Origin: Takakia lepidozioides
Lineage: Eukaryota > Plantae > Bryophyta
Length of the DNA: 64,000 nucleotides
Direction: 5' to 3'
Assembly: GCA_030704615.1 (NCBI GenBank)
Contig: CM060731.1
Coordinates: 86,056,001 to 86,120,000, forward strand
This document shows positions 48,202 to 61,870 of this stretch, piece by piece. The notes beneath the pieces were generated by a model. It worked only from the letters and a program-made list of their open reading frames with translations, was not told where the DNA came from and made no database searches. Every line of letters starts with the position of its first letter. Position 1 is the stretch's first letter. The translations under genes were made by a program, and so were the position numbers.

Positions 48202-51181
48202 ATGCCCTCCTCCTGGATGGGAGCTGGAGGTGCTGCAGCCAGGGTCCTCCATGGATCGCTTGCAGCTGCGGCCGCTGTGTTGGCATCGGCCGCTGTCACG
48301 GCCGACCTACCTGACAAGCTGCATCTCAAAGCAACTCCCATTCTTTTTTACGCAGTGCCTCCATCAATGCCTCTGCCTCCCCTTCCATCTCTCTCCTCTG
48401 CTTCATTTTCTTGTTTTGAATCGAAGTCTCTCTATATTTCTGTTGTCCAAATTTTGCCCAAGGACGGGGCGCAATCATTGGGGCCTCTTGCGGCCTTGCC
48501 TGCAGTTTCATCGCTCGGTTCACCTTCGGGCCAATCTGTAGTGTCTCCTTTCTCCTCCTCCTTCTCCCTCGCTCAAGAAGCGCCAAAGGTTTCGTCTTTC
48601 TCGTCTACCCGAAGGGCTCTCTCTTATCTTCTCCCTGAATGTTTGGCTTGGGGGCACCCTCCTCTTCTTTCTTTGCCTCACGGGTTCCCCGCGCCGACTT
48701 TGACTGCGGCCCCTCCGCTACATCTCCAGCCATTCCCTTTCTCGACCGCATCGCTTTATATAGGCCACACCCAAGGATCAGACCAGCGATTTTCAAGTGT
48801 TGCATATGGTCGGTCTTTGTCGTCTTCTTTTCTCTCCCCCTCTCTCCTGTCTTCGTGCCTCTTGCAATCACAATTGGCATGCTCTTCCTTATGCGACTCT
48901 CCCAATGAACCTTCGTCTCCATCCCTTTTCATTTCTGTTCTTTCTACTTTTGTTTCCTATCAATCTCGCTCTCAGTATCCCCCAAATTTTCCGGTCTCAT
49001 CATTCTCGAAATCTCTCCATACCTGGCACACACCAATGCCAGGTTCTGACAAGCTGAACGAGGAGAAAACTTTATCGGAGTCCTTGAACAAGAAACCGGC
49101 TATGACTGTTGTTTTACTGGGGTGGTTGGGTGCGCAACAAAAACATTTGAAGAAGTATGCGGAATGGTATAATGCGAGGGGAATCCATGCAGTCACATTT
49201 GTGGTTCCTATGGTGGATGTACTAAACTTCAAAGTTGGTGGGAAAGCTGAAGAGTATGTGGACAGGCTAGCCGACCACCTTGCCCTGTGGCTGACTGATG
49301 AAGGCGAGCATGCAAAAGGCGTTGAAGGAAACAAGCATCTTATGTTCCATACCTTTAGCAACACAGGCTGGCTCACGTAAGTCCATACATCTGAGATAAA
49401 GGGGAAGTGAGGGGGTGTGCGGGTTATTGATTTTGGAGTAATTGATATTCCTCCCTCTTGTTTCCTAAACGAGAAGAGATTGGGAGGCAGACACCAGACT
49501 TCATATAGCTTTGAAGAATGGGTCTTATTGGCTCAAAGGTTGGGGAGCTTTTACTGAATTGCTTCATTGTGTAGAAGTTATGGTCTATGACATGGGGCAG
49601 ACCTATGCAAGTAGCAAAACCCAAGTAAAAAGGTGCTTTCTTCCTCTTGCTAGATATAGCTTATGTGAGACTGGGCATATACTGCAGCTACGGGGTTATA
49701 CTGGAGAGGCTGTCAAAGCAAGGAGAACATCTGTTGGACAGAATCAAGGGCTGTGTGGTGGATTCTGCCCCTGTTGTCGACCCAGACCCACAGGTACAGT
49801 GCTTGCAATGTGGATGAATTTGTACAAGCTACAATGAGTTCTTGGTTGGACATGGCCATTAAGCATTTATATGGTAATGTCTGTCTCATGGGCCCTTGAG
49901 GCCCCTCATGGACGTTCAGGAGTTTCTTTCTTTATCTCTTTCTTTCTCTTTGTGGTCGTTCGTTTGTTGTATCCTGTCCCATGGGCCCTCGTAGCCCTTT
50001 GTGGACGTCATAGAGTTTATTTCTAGTTTTATTCTCCCTCTCTCACACATACAAACATATGCATGCACAGCAGCATACCACTGCTTCCCTGGGCAAGCTG
50101 CCATGCAAATTGCAAGTGGCAGACCATGTTGTCAGGCAATATTGAGATCCCACAATATTTTGGTATTAGTGAGCTACAAGCGATCTGCAACAAATTTAAG
50201 AGAGGTGAGACTTGGTTATGGGCCTGATGGGAGACAGGTCTGGGCATCAGGCTTCTTAGCAGCTCTTCTGAAAAAGAGGAGTAGTGTGACAAAGCCGGGC
50301 ATGGAAATAAACGAAGGAGCAACAGTTCAGGGTTCAAACCAGGGGTCAGTCTCCAATGTAGAAACTGAGCCCCATGGCATGGAAGCTGCACTGATGCCTG
50401 TTTTGGAAGGGTTCTTTTCATTCTTTTTGAAGCTTCCAGCAATAAACCAGTAAGTGTCCTCAATCTGTATCTTTATTGTGATGAATCATGTGTCTGCAGA
50501 AAAAAGGTATATATAAGGCAACAGCAGTTGTGGAGAGGAGCTTTTAACACAGCATATCTGAATCACCTCCTAAAGGCCTGTAATTAATGGGTAGGAATTT
50601 TGAAGCCCGAGATTGATGCAGTCAAAACATGTGCCCCATACAGTACGAACACAGCTGTAGAGAAGATAGTAGCTACAAGCTCATCAAAAGTGTGTCAATG
50701 TTCTAAATCCCGTTGTATTTTGATATGTGCAACCTTTAGTGATGTGTATAGAAAAGAGGTGATTCCCGTAGCAGCCACTGGGTAGAAACTAAGGGGTCAG
50801 TAAAGACAAGATCCATTAGACGGAGGCATGTTACTAGACGAGTTCAAGCTACCTGTCTTGCAGTCTATGTTCCAATATAAGTTAAAAATACAACCCTGAG
50901 TGCATTCCTCTTTCACCATGTGCAACTGCAGGCGGCTATCTGAAGTTGTTACTATCCTTTCAAAGCAGCAACCTCCATGCCCGCAGCTTTACATTTACAG
51001 CACAGCAGACCGTGTCATACCAGTTAAAGCAGTGGAGGCCTTCATTGAGCAACAAAGGAAGGCTGGGCGGGTGGTGCGGGCTTGTAACCTCCAGTCTTCC
51101 CCCCATGTGGACCATTTCCGCAGTCATCCTCAGCTTTACAGTGACCAGCTGAGCAAATTTCTCAAAGAGTGTCTACCATAA
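48202..51181 (+). CDS. DUF829/TMEM53-like alpha/beta-hydrolase-fold protein; exons 48202-49376, 49688-49793, 50238-50449, 50932-51181
   Basis: [60 protein letters not shown]. All three GT-AG introns keep the frame and there are no stops. Confidence 0.93.
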
Positions 51182-52570
51182 AAGGCTGCCAGTTGGATAT
51201 CTTCACATTTTGAATGTCCAGTCTTGTCATTCAGGTGAACGTCGCTAATGAATGAAGGCCCTTTGGCAGGCTACTTGGTCACTTGCAAATGGAAATGGAG
51301 CAAAAGGTTTGCAGTGCACGCACAGAGGGAAGGAGCGAAAGAATGGAAATTTGTAAGATCCACAAAGAACCCAGAGAGAGGTTACAGGACAAGCACACAT
51401 AACAAACAAGGAGAGTCAGACATGTGTTCACGGTGAATCTCTTTGTGGATGTTGTCTATGATGTTTCCATGAGATTATTTATTATTATAACATCCCAAAC
51501 ATATGAAGCTTAAGCTGAAAATTGCTGTAGTGCTCACAAGTGCTACCTTCCTTGAGCGCGATTTGGCAATTCGACCACCCTTTAGAAGTTTTGAGTGTGG
51601 GACATTGACATTGGGTTCTGGGTCGAAGGGGGCATCCCTGTACAATTTGATAGGACAGTTTATTTGCTTAGTGGGGGGTTCAAGCTGGATCAGGGAATTT
51701 TTCATTTTTCTGGGCCATTGCTCAGCATTTAGTATTTGGGGCACAACGTTCATAAACTATTCACCTTGCTCACTGTTGGCGTGGGGTGCATGTCTCCAAT
51801 AAAGCTTCTTAGAGACTCTCAATGTGAAGAGGTCTAGTAGCATTGTATTCTCCACAATGGCTTTGAATACACAGGTGTGCTTGTGCTCTGTTGGTTGCCA
51901 CTCAATGCTTCATGACAGAGATGTGTAAGAGTGGGTTGGGGTGAAAAATAATCCCATCTAGCTGTGGATAGTCACCCTTTGTGGTTGTTTTATGGTAAGT
52001 TATGTCACAGCTATAAGAGAGTTCTTCTCATTCAAAGGGGAGTGGGCTTGTTTGATGGAGTACAGGCTCAAAACGAAAGGGAGGCACTCGAGTAAAAGCT
52101 TGACGGCTAGCATTCGTCACTGTCAGGCACTCTCATACGCACATTTGTTATGAATACATGTACACAACATAGCTTGTGGAGGAAGATGAGACAAGTGTTT
52201 CAGAGCCCCACTTCAATCTTACACAAGGGGGCTCCGAGCTTTTGATAGACCACAATTGGCATATCCAAGAAGAGGTTGTACGCTTTACCCGACAACCAGC
52301 ATGTAGCCCAGTGGCATACCACGTTGGATGTGGTTGTGGGTTCAAACCACGGTTTGGTGTGTCATGAAGGTGTCCACCTTTCAGCTAGAAGGCAGTATCC
52401 CTTGTGGTGAAGTGACACCATAAGTTACGGTCCCTTGGGGAGGCGTTATACTTTACCGCTTTGAGAGTGGGACCCACAACTAACGAAGTCTGAATTCTGA
52501 GTGAATTTTGTATAGGAGAAGGGTCTCTCTTGAGGCCCTTCTCCAGCGTAAAGAACCATGATATTTTGAG

Positions 52571-52949
52571 TACCTTCCAGCCCCCCGTAAAGAACTGGCT
52601 CAAATTTCTTAGTGTATGTGAAAGGCACCTTACTGGGCGTAAGGTGCCATCCTCTCGACCTTCCGCATAAAGCTCCTCCTCTCGAGGCACCTTATGCCCC
52701 ATAAGGTTCCTCCTCAATTGTGGCTGCAGATGAAAATTAATCCAAACCGTCTGTTCGTAAAGAAATTTGAGCCTAATTCTTTACGCAGGTAAGGCCCTCG
52801 GACGGGCGCCTTCATGAAACTCGGGGCCGCACTCGGCTACCGCCTCATGGCCAGCCCCTTATTTCGGGAAGGCCCCCGTCCTCGGGCCTTACCCTATACA
52901 TAAGGTATTTTGCCAGCGTGGCAAGGACCTTACGGGGGCTGGAAGGTAT
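52571..52949. mobile_element. Probable MITE / fold-back element
   Basis: TACCTTCCAGCCCCCCGTAA ... TTACGGGGGCTGGAAGGTA inverted ends and internal CTTAC/GTAAG repeats. TSD unclear. Confidence 0.5.
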
Positions 52950-53059
52950 AGTGCAATCTTCTACCCTATAGACGACCTAAAAATAAACTAAGAAAAATAT
53001 CACGGTAGTTGTTGTTTTGTTCAATCCGTGTTTTTTTAGGGTCGTTTGTGATTGCCTCG

Positions 53060-53480
53060 TTGTTTTTGGGGTTCATTTCAGCTCGTCTGTGGTCTCTTTC
53101 TTAGTTTGACCTTTAAGGCCTCCCAAGTCGGTCGTCCGCATTATTCTCACTTTCGTTGTCAGTGGTTCTCGCTTTGCATGCAGCTCCTTCTACCTGCTTT
53201 AGCTGTAGTGTTCATTTCCCCTCTTCCTTGGTTCATTTGGAGGATAAGTTTTTGGCCCGCTTTTGCTTTCTTCCAACTATCTCTCTAGCTCGTCCCTGGT
53301 CTCTTGCTTAGTTTTACCTTTTAGGCCTCCCATTTCGGTCATCCGCTTTGTTTTCACTTTCGTTGTCAGTGGATATCGTTTTGCGTGCAGCTCCTTCAGC
53401 CTACAGTCGCTGTAGTGTTCAATACCCCTCTTCCTTGGTTCGATTGAAGGATAGTCTCATCGTTTTGGCCCGCTTTTGCT
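53060..53480. repeat. Diverged tandem duplication, ~207-bp unit
   Basis: GCTCGTC..TGGTCTCTT.CTTAGTTT.ACCTTT at ~53081 and ~53288. Confidence 0.7.
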
Positions 53481-56400
53481 TATATCCCACCAAAATCAGG
53501 TTCCGACTCAATCTTGGGTTGGCAAATCTCAGGGGGTATTTCTTTCAAATCCTCATAGCTCCAAACAAATACATCTCTGTATTTGATGAATAAGCTCTTA
53601 GCTTCCTCAAAGAATTCAGGTTCCAAATCAGCCCCTACTTTTACCATTCTTGGTTCCTCCTCAGTTCCCACATTAACTTCCCTCACTTGCTCTTCAGCTG
53701 TGATGGTCCACCCAGCCACTATTTCATCCTGTAAACTAATGGTGGTTGGTTCTTCCAGGATTTCCATTTCTCCCTCTCTTTCTTCATGGAAATGGGGTGG
53801 GTAACTGCTTTCTTCCCCCTCAACTAGCATTGTTGTCACTGCACAACAACATATACCCTTTACATAACTCAATCCTCCTAGTTGTATTTCTGCAACCTGC
53901 TCTCACTCTGGGTGTGCAGCAAACACGGTAGCTTCATGCTCCTCATCAAGCCCTCCTAACCAATCATACTCTCTGACTCCCGAGGTCTCCGGGTAGCAGG
54001 TAGCCTACCAGATTTCTTGGTTGTGATCTGTATCTTGTGCTTCCCATTATGCATAGTCAGTAACTGGGAATTCCAGTCATGGAATACCTTGGCCTGTTTC
54101 AGCCATGGTTGTCCTAACAACAAGGAATAAGCTTCCATGACATCATCCATCTTCAACACAGTTACTGTGATATTGAAAACCATCTTTTGAATCTGTATTT
54201 TTATTCCTCTTATCAAGCCCAATGGCTGTACATTTTGTTGATCTGCCATTGTCACTGTGAATGGGGCTTGTTGCATGTTATTAAGACCAAGCTTCTGCCT
54301 TAATTGGTCCATCATGATATTCAATCCCAAGCCTCCATCTATCAGTACATCAGTCAACTCTGTGCTTCCAATTTTCAATTGGATTATTGGCATGGAGTCA
54401 TCAAAGTCCATGACAGCTTCTTGCCCTTCAGGCTTCACATTATAGCTTGTTACTTTGCCGCACAGGTCTGTACTTTCTGTTACATGAGCAATCTGATTGA
54501 TTGCTTGATACAGCCTGTGTCTGCAGTGGGATGCTATAGCCAATAGCTGCCCATTTGTAATCTCTGCTTTGGATTGGCATATTACTTCAGCCGATGCCCC
54601 TTCAGTATTCATCACCTGTGAAGCATCATGCTTCAATGTTTCCTCATCTTCTTCATCATCTGCTTCAGAGTCTGTTGACTCTGCTATAGGGATATCTGTC
54701 TCTTTCTGCATTTCCCTTATAGTTTTAGCCACTTCATTGTGCAGTTCCTTCTCTTCCCTCCAAGCCTCATCATCTTCAGGCACATCACTGTTATCCTCAC
54801 TATTTTCTTCATCTTCATCTATAGGAGGCAATAACTTAGCCTCAGTCCTAGTAACTATCATGGTACTCACTTCTGGTACAAAACAAGGCATTATGTGTGC
54901 TGCCACTACTGGCCTTCATTTGCAGGAATTCTCATCTCCTCCTTATGTCTTGTCCAGAAGGGACAGGTTGCTTTGCGATGCCCTGGTTGGTTACAATAGT
55001 AACACACTTCTTCACCATTGGGTCCTCGCCCCTGGTCAATTCTGGGATTATTTCTATAATCCTGATTCCCTGGCTGGTAATTCTCCCTAGGATTACCCTG
55101 ATAGTTGCCTCCAGGATTGCCTTGGTAATTCCATCTTGGATTACCTCTTCTTGGCATGCCATTGTTATATCCACCAGGTCTACCATAGTTACCCTAGTCA
55201 TTGTTCCTTCTAGGCTGGGGTTGCACTTGATGCACTCTCACCTGCCTATTTTCCCTTGTACCTACCTTTCTGTTGTAATAACAATTCTCAGTAGAATGGT
55301 TATCCATTTTACAGATGGTACAATGTTTCTCCTTCATGTGACATTCAGCTGTAGTATGGCCTTCATTTTGGCATTTTGTACACCAGACACCCTTCCTCTA
55401 GTGTACTGCAGCTTCTGTAACATACTTCTTCAAGATAGCTTCCAATCTTCTCTCATAGTTAACTTTCTTTAACTTTTCCTTCTTCTTGGATTTTTTCTTA
55501 TCTTCATGTTCCTCTTCCTCCTCTAAATCATCTTCAGAGTCATCGTCATCTCTTTTATCCTTTCTGAGCATTTTTCCTTGTTCAATTATGTTGGCTGTTT
55601 CAAATGCCTCTTCCACTGTATTATGTGGTAACATATCCACTTTCTTTTGTAAATAAGGTCTCAGACCATTTACGAACCATGCCTTTTGTAAACAGCTTGC
55701 AGGTGGCACATCAGCCAGTTTCCTGACCATTAACTCCATCTTTTCCAGATATTCCTCAACAGTTTCATGCTTCTTCTGTCTCAATTGTTGTAGGCTACTG
55801 TACACTTCTTCCGCGGTTTTGCTTGTCGTGAATCTGTTCCGGAATGCTGTTCTAAGAGCATTCCAGGTTTGAAAAATGGTTATCAACAAATCGAGCATAC
55901 TACTCAATTGCTTTCTTGATAGTTGAACAAGGAAATAATCTCAATTTTGCATCATCATCATTCTCGTTGTTCACTATACACATGTGCTCAAATTGATTGA
56001 TGTGTACATCAGGATCCCCTTTTCTTGAGTAAATCAGAAAAGGTGGTCTCATGGAACTATTGCTGCCATCTGTGGCCCTACTACCGGCCCTGTGGCTAGT
56101 GTTGGACCTCCTGTGGGTGCTGGTCCTTGAGGACCCCATGTGGTAGTGGTTGAACCCCCACCAAGTGTTGATCCTTGAGCATTTACTGTTACAGGCCCCC
56201 CTGTATTTGCAGTACCCCCAGTTCCAGTTGCACTACTTCCCACACTCCATGTCCCCCTAGAGACGGATCCAAGCTGCTTGCCTGATCCCCCCGAGCCGAC
56301 ACCTTTGTTGGCCAGTGCTCCAAATGTGTCACTTGATCCTGGTCCAACAGGTTGGGATGTCCTGGTTGCAGTACCAACATCAACTGTTGGGTCTATGTCT

Positions 56401-57499
56401 TCATAATCATCATCTTCCAAGTTTTTATCTCGTCTTTCATCCTCCAAATTCTTATTTTGATTTTCTTCTTCGCTCATATAACTCAATTGAATTGGTGTTG
56501 GACTAGAGTCTGAACTCTCTGCAGGCTCTTCCTCATCCTCCTCTCCTTCATTGGCTGGTGTATCAGAAACTGGAGTTCCTGCTCTTGGTGTACCGTGCCA
56601 ACTCTGATCAAAGACTTTTATCCAGGGATTCACCTCCGACCTTTCCCCTTAAGACTGACCCTCTTCCTGTACCAAATCTCTTAATCTTTCTTATAAGGAA
56701 TAAGAAGGAGTGGCATCTAAATTAGGATCTTCAGGTATTGGTGATGTACCCTCTGGTTTTGGTGGAGTGAGAGGTCCAGATGATTCTCCTATGTCTATTC
56801 CTCTCTCCCAAAGATATGGATAGTTAGCTTTTAAATAACTTTCTCTTTTTGCTGTATATCTCTCTCTTCTTGCTTCCCTTTCATCACTGATGACCCATGT
56901 CTTTCATGTCTTTGGTGAGGCAATAACCACAACTCTCTCCTGTAGTATCTCTCGTATATACCTGGATTTCTTTCAAGCTTTAATGCACCCTTGGCTAGTC
57001 TAGAAGACTCAGTTGCGATATAACCATATGGTAGGCAGGTCTGAAAGGCTGTTTTTGGTGTAAGCTTGATCCATAGGATATCCTTGGGAATCCAATTCTT
57101 TACCAATTCAAGCTCTTCATGCATATGAGTGTAAACATTCACTCTTGATTCTTCCCAGCTTTCAAACTCTACTCGCTTAATAGATAGCAACGCTATCACA
57201 TAAACCAGTGTTGGTAACCATCTTGCTCTCCCTTTACAGGCTACTTGATAGATCTTTATCACTCATTTTTCCAGACCCCACTCTGGATGAGCATCATGCA
57301 CTCTCTTGAGAATATTCTCCTTGCAATCGTCTGGCAATTCCAAGAACTTCTGAAAGAATTGTTTGGACAATCTTTCTTTCTCAGTTTCACAAGAAATTTG
57401 ATTCACATCAAATTCTTTAATTCTCCATCCTCCATGATCCCACGAGATGCCTGTCACATCTGGTTGTTCTTGAATCAGTTCCCCAATATGGTCGCCAAA
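53480..57499 (-). mobile_element. Athila/Tat-type Ty3/gypsy internal region: upstream ORF, gag, zinc knuckle, protease; truncated before RT
   Basis: GDPDVHINQFE..AKLRLFP..TWNALRTAFRNRF, CYYCNQPGHRKATC, VLIDGGLGLNIM, LLLGQPWL. Confidence 0.92.
57480..57497 (-). promoter_or_regulatory. Primer-binding site (probably tRNA-Arg-like)
   Basis: LTR end ..CTCAACA, then TT, then TGGCGACCATATTGGGGA. Confidence 0.75.
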
Positions 57500-59814
57500 T
57501 GTTGAGCGGCTTTTACTCACCCATCCCTTAGCTATCCGGGGTGGAAACTCTAGGGTAGACGAGTTAGAAATCTCTAAGTACGCTCAGAAAAATCAGTCAT
57601 GACCTACACCTAGTGTATCATGGGGGTGCTCTCCTATATCTATTCCTTCTTGCATTCATGTTTAGTATGTTACGTTACTGCCTAGGATTAAGTATCAGAT
57701 TGCTTCTGCAATCTACCGAGTTCCATCTGTACAACTTAAGCATACATTCCATAGCTTTACTCAGGTCTCTCTACACAGTGTGAGTATGAAGTAGGAATCG
57801 TATTAATAACTATCATATGTCAGGCCGAAGCCATGGTGTCTCTAATCTACCCTACAGTAACATCTCTACAACTTGCATGTATCAAGCTCTCTCCGTCGTC
57901 TCCCTCCTCCTCCGCATACTCGCCTCCGTGTACTCCAAGTCCATGTGCCAAGAAGTGATCCCCTCACCGTAGCTACTCTGCATAATCTACCCGCAAGTTG
58001 TTCTAACCATTTAACTATAGTGTGAAAAGAAACGGGATAAAACCCCTTTTAGTTAACCTCTAAACTATTCATTGCCCAGAGAGACTCGGGGCTGCCCTAT
58101 GACTCACACCATAGTTAATTACTTCTATATTGTTCATGACCAGAGATTGATACCCTTATCCATGCCGCAGCGGAAGATAAGACATGGACAGGGTTATAGC
58201 ACATAAGCATATATACTTATTCAGCCTATGTGTGTTGAAGATCACGTAATTATGCATACGCCAACCCGGTGCTTCCTGTACTCACTTCTTAACACAATAC
58301 AAGGTTAGTGATGCACAAGATGTATCTCATCTTTCAGCAGTCAGGGCAACCATTCATTTGCCTAATTTACAAGGATATCTAGTCTAATCAGCTGTCCATA
58401 GTCCTTCTCAAGATTGCTTTTGCACTAGCAGAACATTGCAGATCAACTCTTGGTTTTTCATCATGGTCACCTTGATGTGACTTTCCTCTTCCCTCGCTGT
58501 AATGAATACAACTCACAGCTTGCAAGACTTTCTGTATTTCTTTCTCCCACAACCCTATGGGGTTAGTGTACAAGACAGCCCCTATGTCAGTTTGCTATGT
58601 CATAACTATTTACTGGTATACAGCATGTGTTCTATGACAATGAATGACCAACAGATCAGTCATGGTATTTCCTCTCTGTCTCGCCAGATCTTGCCAACCT
58701 TTTAGTAGCATGGTACATCTCTCTCCCATCTTTCTGTTGTTCACTTCTTTCAAAGAAAACTGCATTTGGCTTAGGTTTAAAAACATGGGCCTGCTTACAT
58801 ACACCAAGAAAATGACGATTCAGTGTGGATCTTATAGCTCTTTCATGTGCTGAATACAATGGTGCAAGATCCAAACTAATCTGATGAAGAAAACATGTCA
58901 TGATCATTCCTTTTGTTTGAATTCATCCTCGGTCAAGGATGGTAACGGAACATGAAAGGAATTGTTAGGACAGACATCCTGGGTGAATTGCATTTGAGCA
59001 TAAAGACATATCGTGGGAAACATGCAATATATATAGAATAACAATCAGCGTGGAAAATAGCCGTGCCAAACTTGAGTATCGAGCCTCCCACCTCAATTTT
59101 AGGGGCCATCTCAAAAATGAATATTTTTCCAAAAAAATGAGCAATGTTTTTCAAAGAGAGTGGTAGTTGTTTGAGTTATGGGAGGTTTATACATAAAGAA
59201 CATGAATGTATTTTGGCAAAATGGGGGTTTTCCCTAGCTAGATTCTCTGGGGGGTCAAGTTCATGTGTTGCAGAGAAAAAAGAAGGAGTACATTCCTGAT
59301 GGTCCTTTTTTCTGACACATATTTGAAATACGAGCTCCAAAATCAAATGGTAATGTGCCACGTTTTCAGATCTTGGATAAGCCCCGCAGACTTTAACGAA
59401 ATCATGTCATACTGTATCGTTTCGCACGTTGCCCCCACAGCTTTGCGTTGCCGCGTACTCACACAATAGCTACTTCAGTGTCGTAGGTTTCAAGTAAGAA
59501 TCCAGGCGTGCATGTACAGTTGTCAGTTTGAGAAGATCTCATGAAAGTGAAGACACATGACATACTGAAGTGAGGAGCTTAGAATATAGAAGACTGATGA
59601 ACTTAGGGATTTGTATTTTGCAAGCGTCAAGAGCATTTTTGTTTTTGAGCTGTCAACGTGACCACTCCACACCCACCTAGCTATACAACTCTGTGGTGCC
59701 CAATTGCAGAGCCATTTAAGTCATGCAGTGAATGGTGAAAAGAGCTGCGGCAGCTGTTATGGAGAGCTCAGGTGCAATGCTATTTTCGAGAACGGAGCTG
59801 CTGATCTCACCCCC

Positions 59815-61230
59815 TACGGACGGAAATGCGGCGCCGCATTTCAATTCAGCGGCGATGACAAGAGAAGAAAAAAGGTTAGGATTACTTTTTTTTCCCCCTC
59901 TACCCCCTGTTGTTGGAAATGCAGCGCTGCATTCCCATCCAGCGCGGATGATTAGAGGAAAAAAAACAAAAAACAAAAAACAACAACAACAACATTCCCC
60001 CCAACCCCCCCCCCCCCCCCCCCCGGACGGAAATATGGCGCCGCATTTCAATCCAGCGGCGATGACAAAAAAAAAAATTAGGGTTGTGTTCCCCCCCCCC
60101 CCCCCCCCTCTACCCTCTGTTGTTGGAAATGCGGTGCCGCATTTCCATCTAGCGGGGATGACTAGAGAAAAACAAAAGAAACAAAAAACTTTATTTATTT
60201 TTCTTTCTTTTTTCTTCTTTTTTCTTTTCACCCCTTTGGATGGAAATGTGGCACCGCATTTCAATCTTGCGGCGATGACCAGAGGAAAAACAATTAGGGA
60301 TTCCCCCCACCCCCTTCGGGTGGAAATGCGGCGCCGAATTCCCATCGAGCGGGGATGACTAGAGGGGTGAAAAAACAAATTAAAAAAAATAAAAATAAAA
60401 ATAAATAAATTTGTGAGACGACTTGCAAAGAGCACGGGTGGATGGCAGTCGAGACGGAAATGCGGCACCGCATTTCTGTCCCGATTGGCATCCCCCCTTG
60501 CATGATGATCATCATTTGGGGAAAGGATGCGGGGGATGAACCTGGCGACGGAAATGCGGTGCCGCATTTCTGTCCAAACTGACACCTACCCATCACTTTA
60601 TACCTGGTGGGATGGAAATGAAGTGCTACATTTCCGTCCGGGGTCCCACTGGACCATGCATTTCTACCATTGTGGATGGAAATGCGGTGCCGCATTTCCG
60701 TCCGGGCTTCCATTCCACCATGCCTTTCTAACAGTCTGGACGGAAATACAGTTCCGTATTTCCGTCCGGACTTACACGTAAGCATCCCTTAATACCTGGT
60801 GGGATGGAAATGCGGTGCCGCATTTTCGTCCAGGCCCCAACTGTACAATTCCTGAACAGGTGGTCGGATGGAAATGCGGTGTCGCATTTCCGTCCAAACA
60901 TTGCTTTCCTTACAGTCTGGACGGAAATGCGCCACCGTATTTCCGTCCAAACTGATAGTGGACCATCCCTTCATTTCTGGTGGGATGGAAATGTTGTGTC
61001 GCATTCCCGTCCTAGAAGACCACTTCAATTTGCGTACTTGACAGTTGAACTGGAATGCGGCGCCGCATTTCCGTCCGGATTGCCATTGTTCCTTTCTTTA
61101 TGACAGGTTCGACGGAAATGCGGCATCACATTTAGCACTGACTGCCATCCACCCTTGCATCTTTATCGTCTCTCGGGATGCGGTAGGGAGGTATCATGAT
61201 CGAACGGCCACTAATGCGGCACCGCATTCG
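59815..61230. repeat. Array of ~18 GGAAATGCGGCGCCGCATTTCC palindromes
   Basis: Spacing is ~100 bp with homopolymer-rich spacers on the left and ~64 bp on the right (60549-61135). Confidence 0.9.
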
Positions 61231-61269
61231 GTCTGTTGACTCATGGAGGCTGAAACGGCAGTTGAAGGG

Positions 61270-61870
61270 TGTTAGAGGGCTGTCTAGAACTTAGATAGTT
61301 TTACGGGTTCTGTTGGGTACCCTTAACTTACGGATGGTAGACTTAGACCAACACAGGCCTTAGGGGTGGTGGACAGGCTTACACAGTCTGACACGGCCTT
61401 ATACAGCTTGTCACAGTCTGACACAGTCTTATACAGCCTATCACAGTCTATCACAGCCCGGCACAGTCCGACACAGCCAGTCACAGCCGACACAGTTTGG
61501 CACAGCTCGTCACAGCATTCGTAGGAAATGGTTACCATGGCAGGGAACGACATCGGCAGAGGAAACGTGTATTCTGTCTGGATGACAGTTAGTTAGTTAG
61601 GTAGTTAGAACAGCTTGTAGGTAGAAAAGGCAGAGTAGCAATGGGGAGAAGACTTCTTGCATCACGACTTGGCCATCTGGGAGAGAAGGACGAACTGGAG
61701 CTGAGGGATGGAGAGCGCAGTGAAGGAGGAGACACGAACTGTTGATGCTTGATCATGCAAGCTGTAGAATTGTACTATAGAGCAGAATAGGGACACCATG
61801 GCATCGGCCTGATACTTGATAGAACTTAATTTGATACATATTCCATACTCACACTGTGTAACTAACTGTC
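61270..61870 (+). mobile_element. Inverted partial LTR copy
   Basis: Starts TGTTAGAGGGCTGTCT, the reverse complement of the 62259 end. 61730-61860 is the reverse-complement homolog of 57770-57910. Confidence 0.8.

Noticed and set aside
59716-61239. CRISPR array or coding ORFs
   Set aside because: The spacers are mutually related or homopolymeric and the repeats degenerate. The ORFs are low-complexity by-products.
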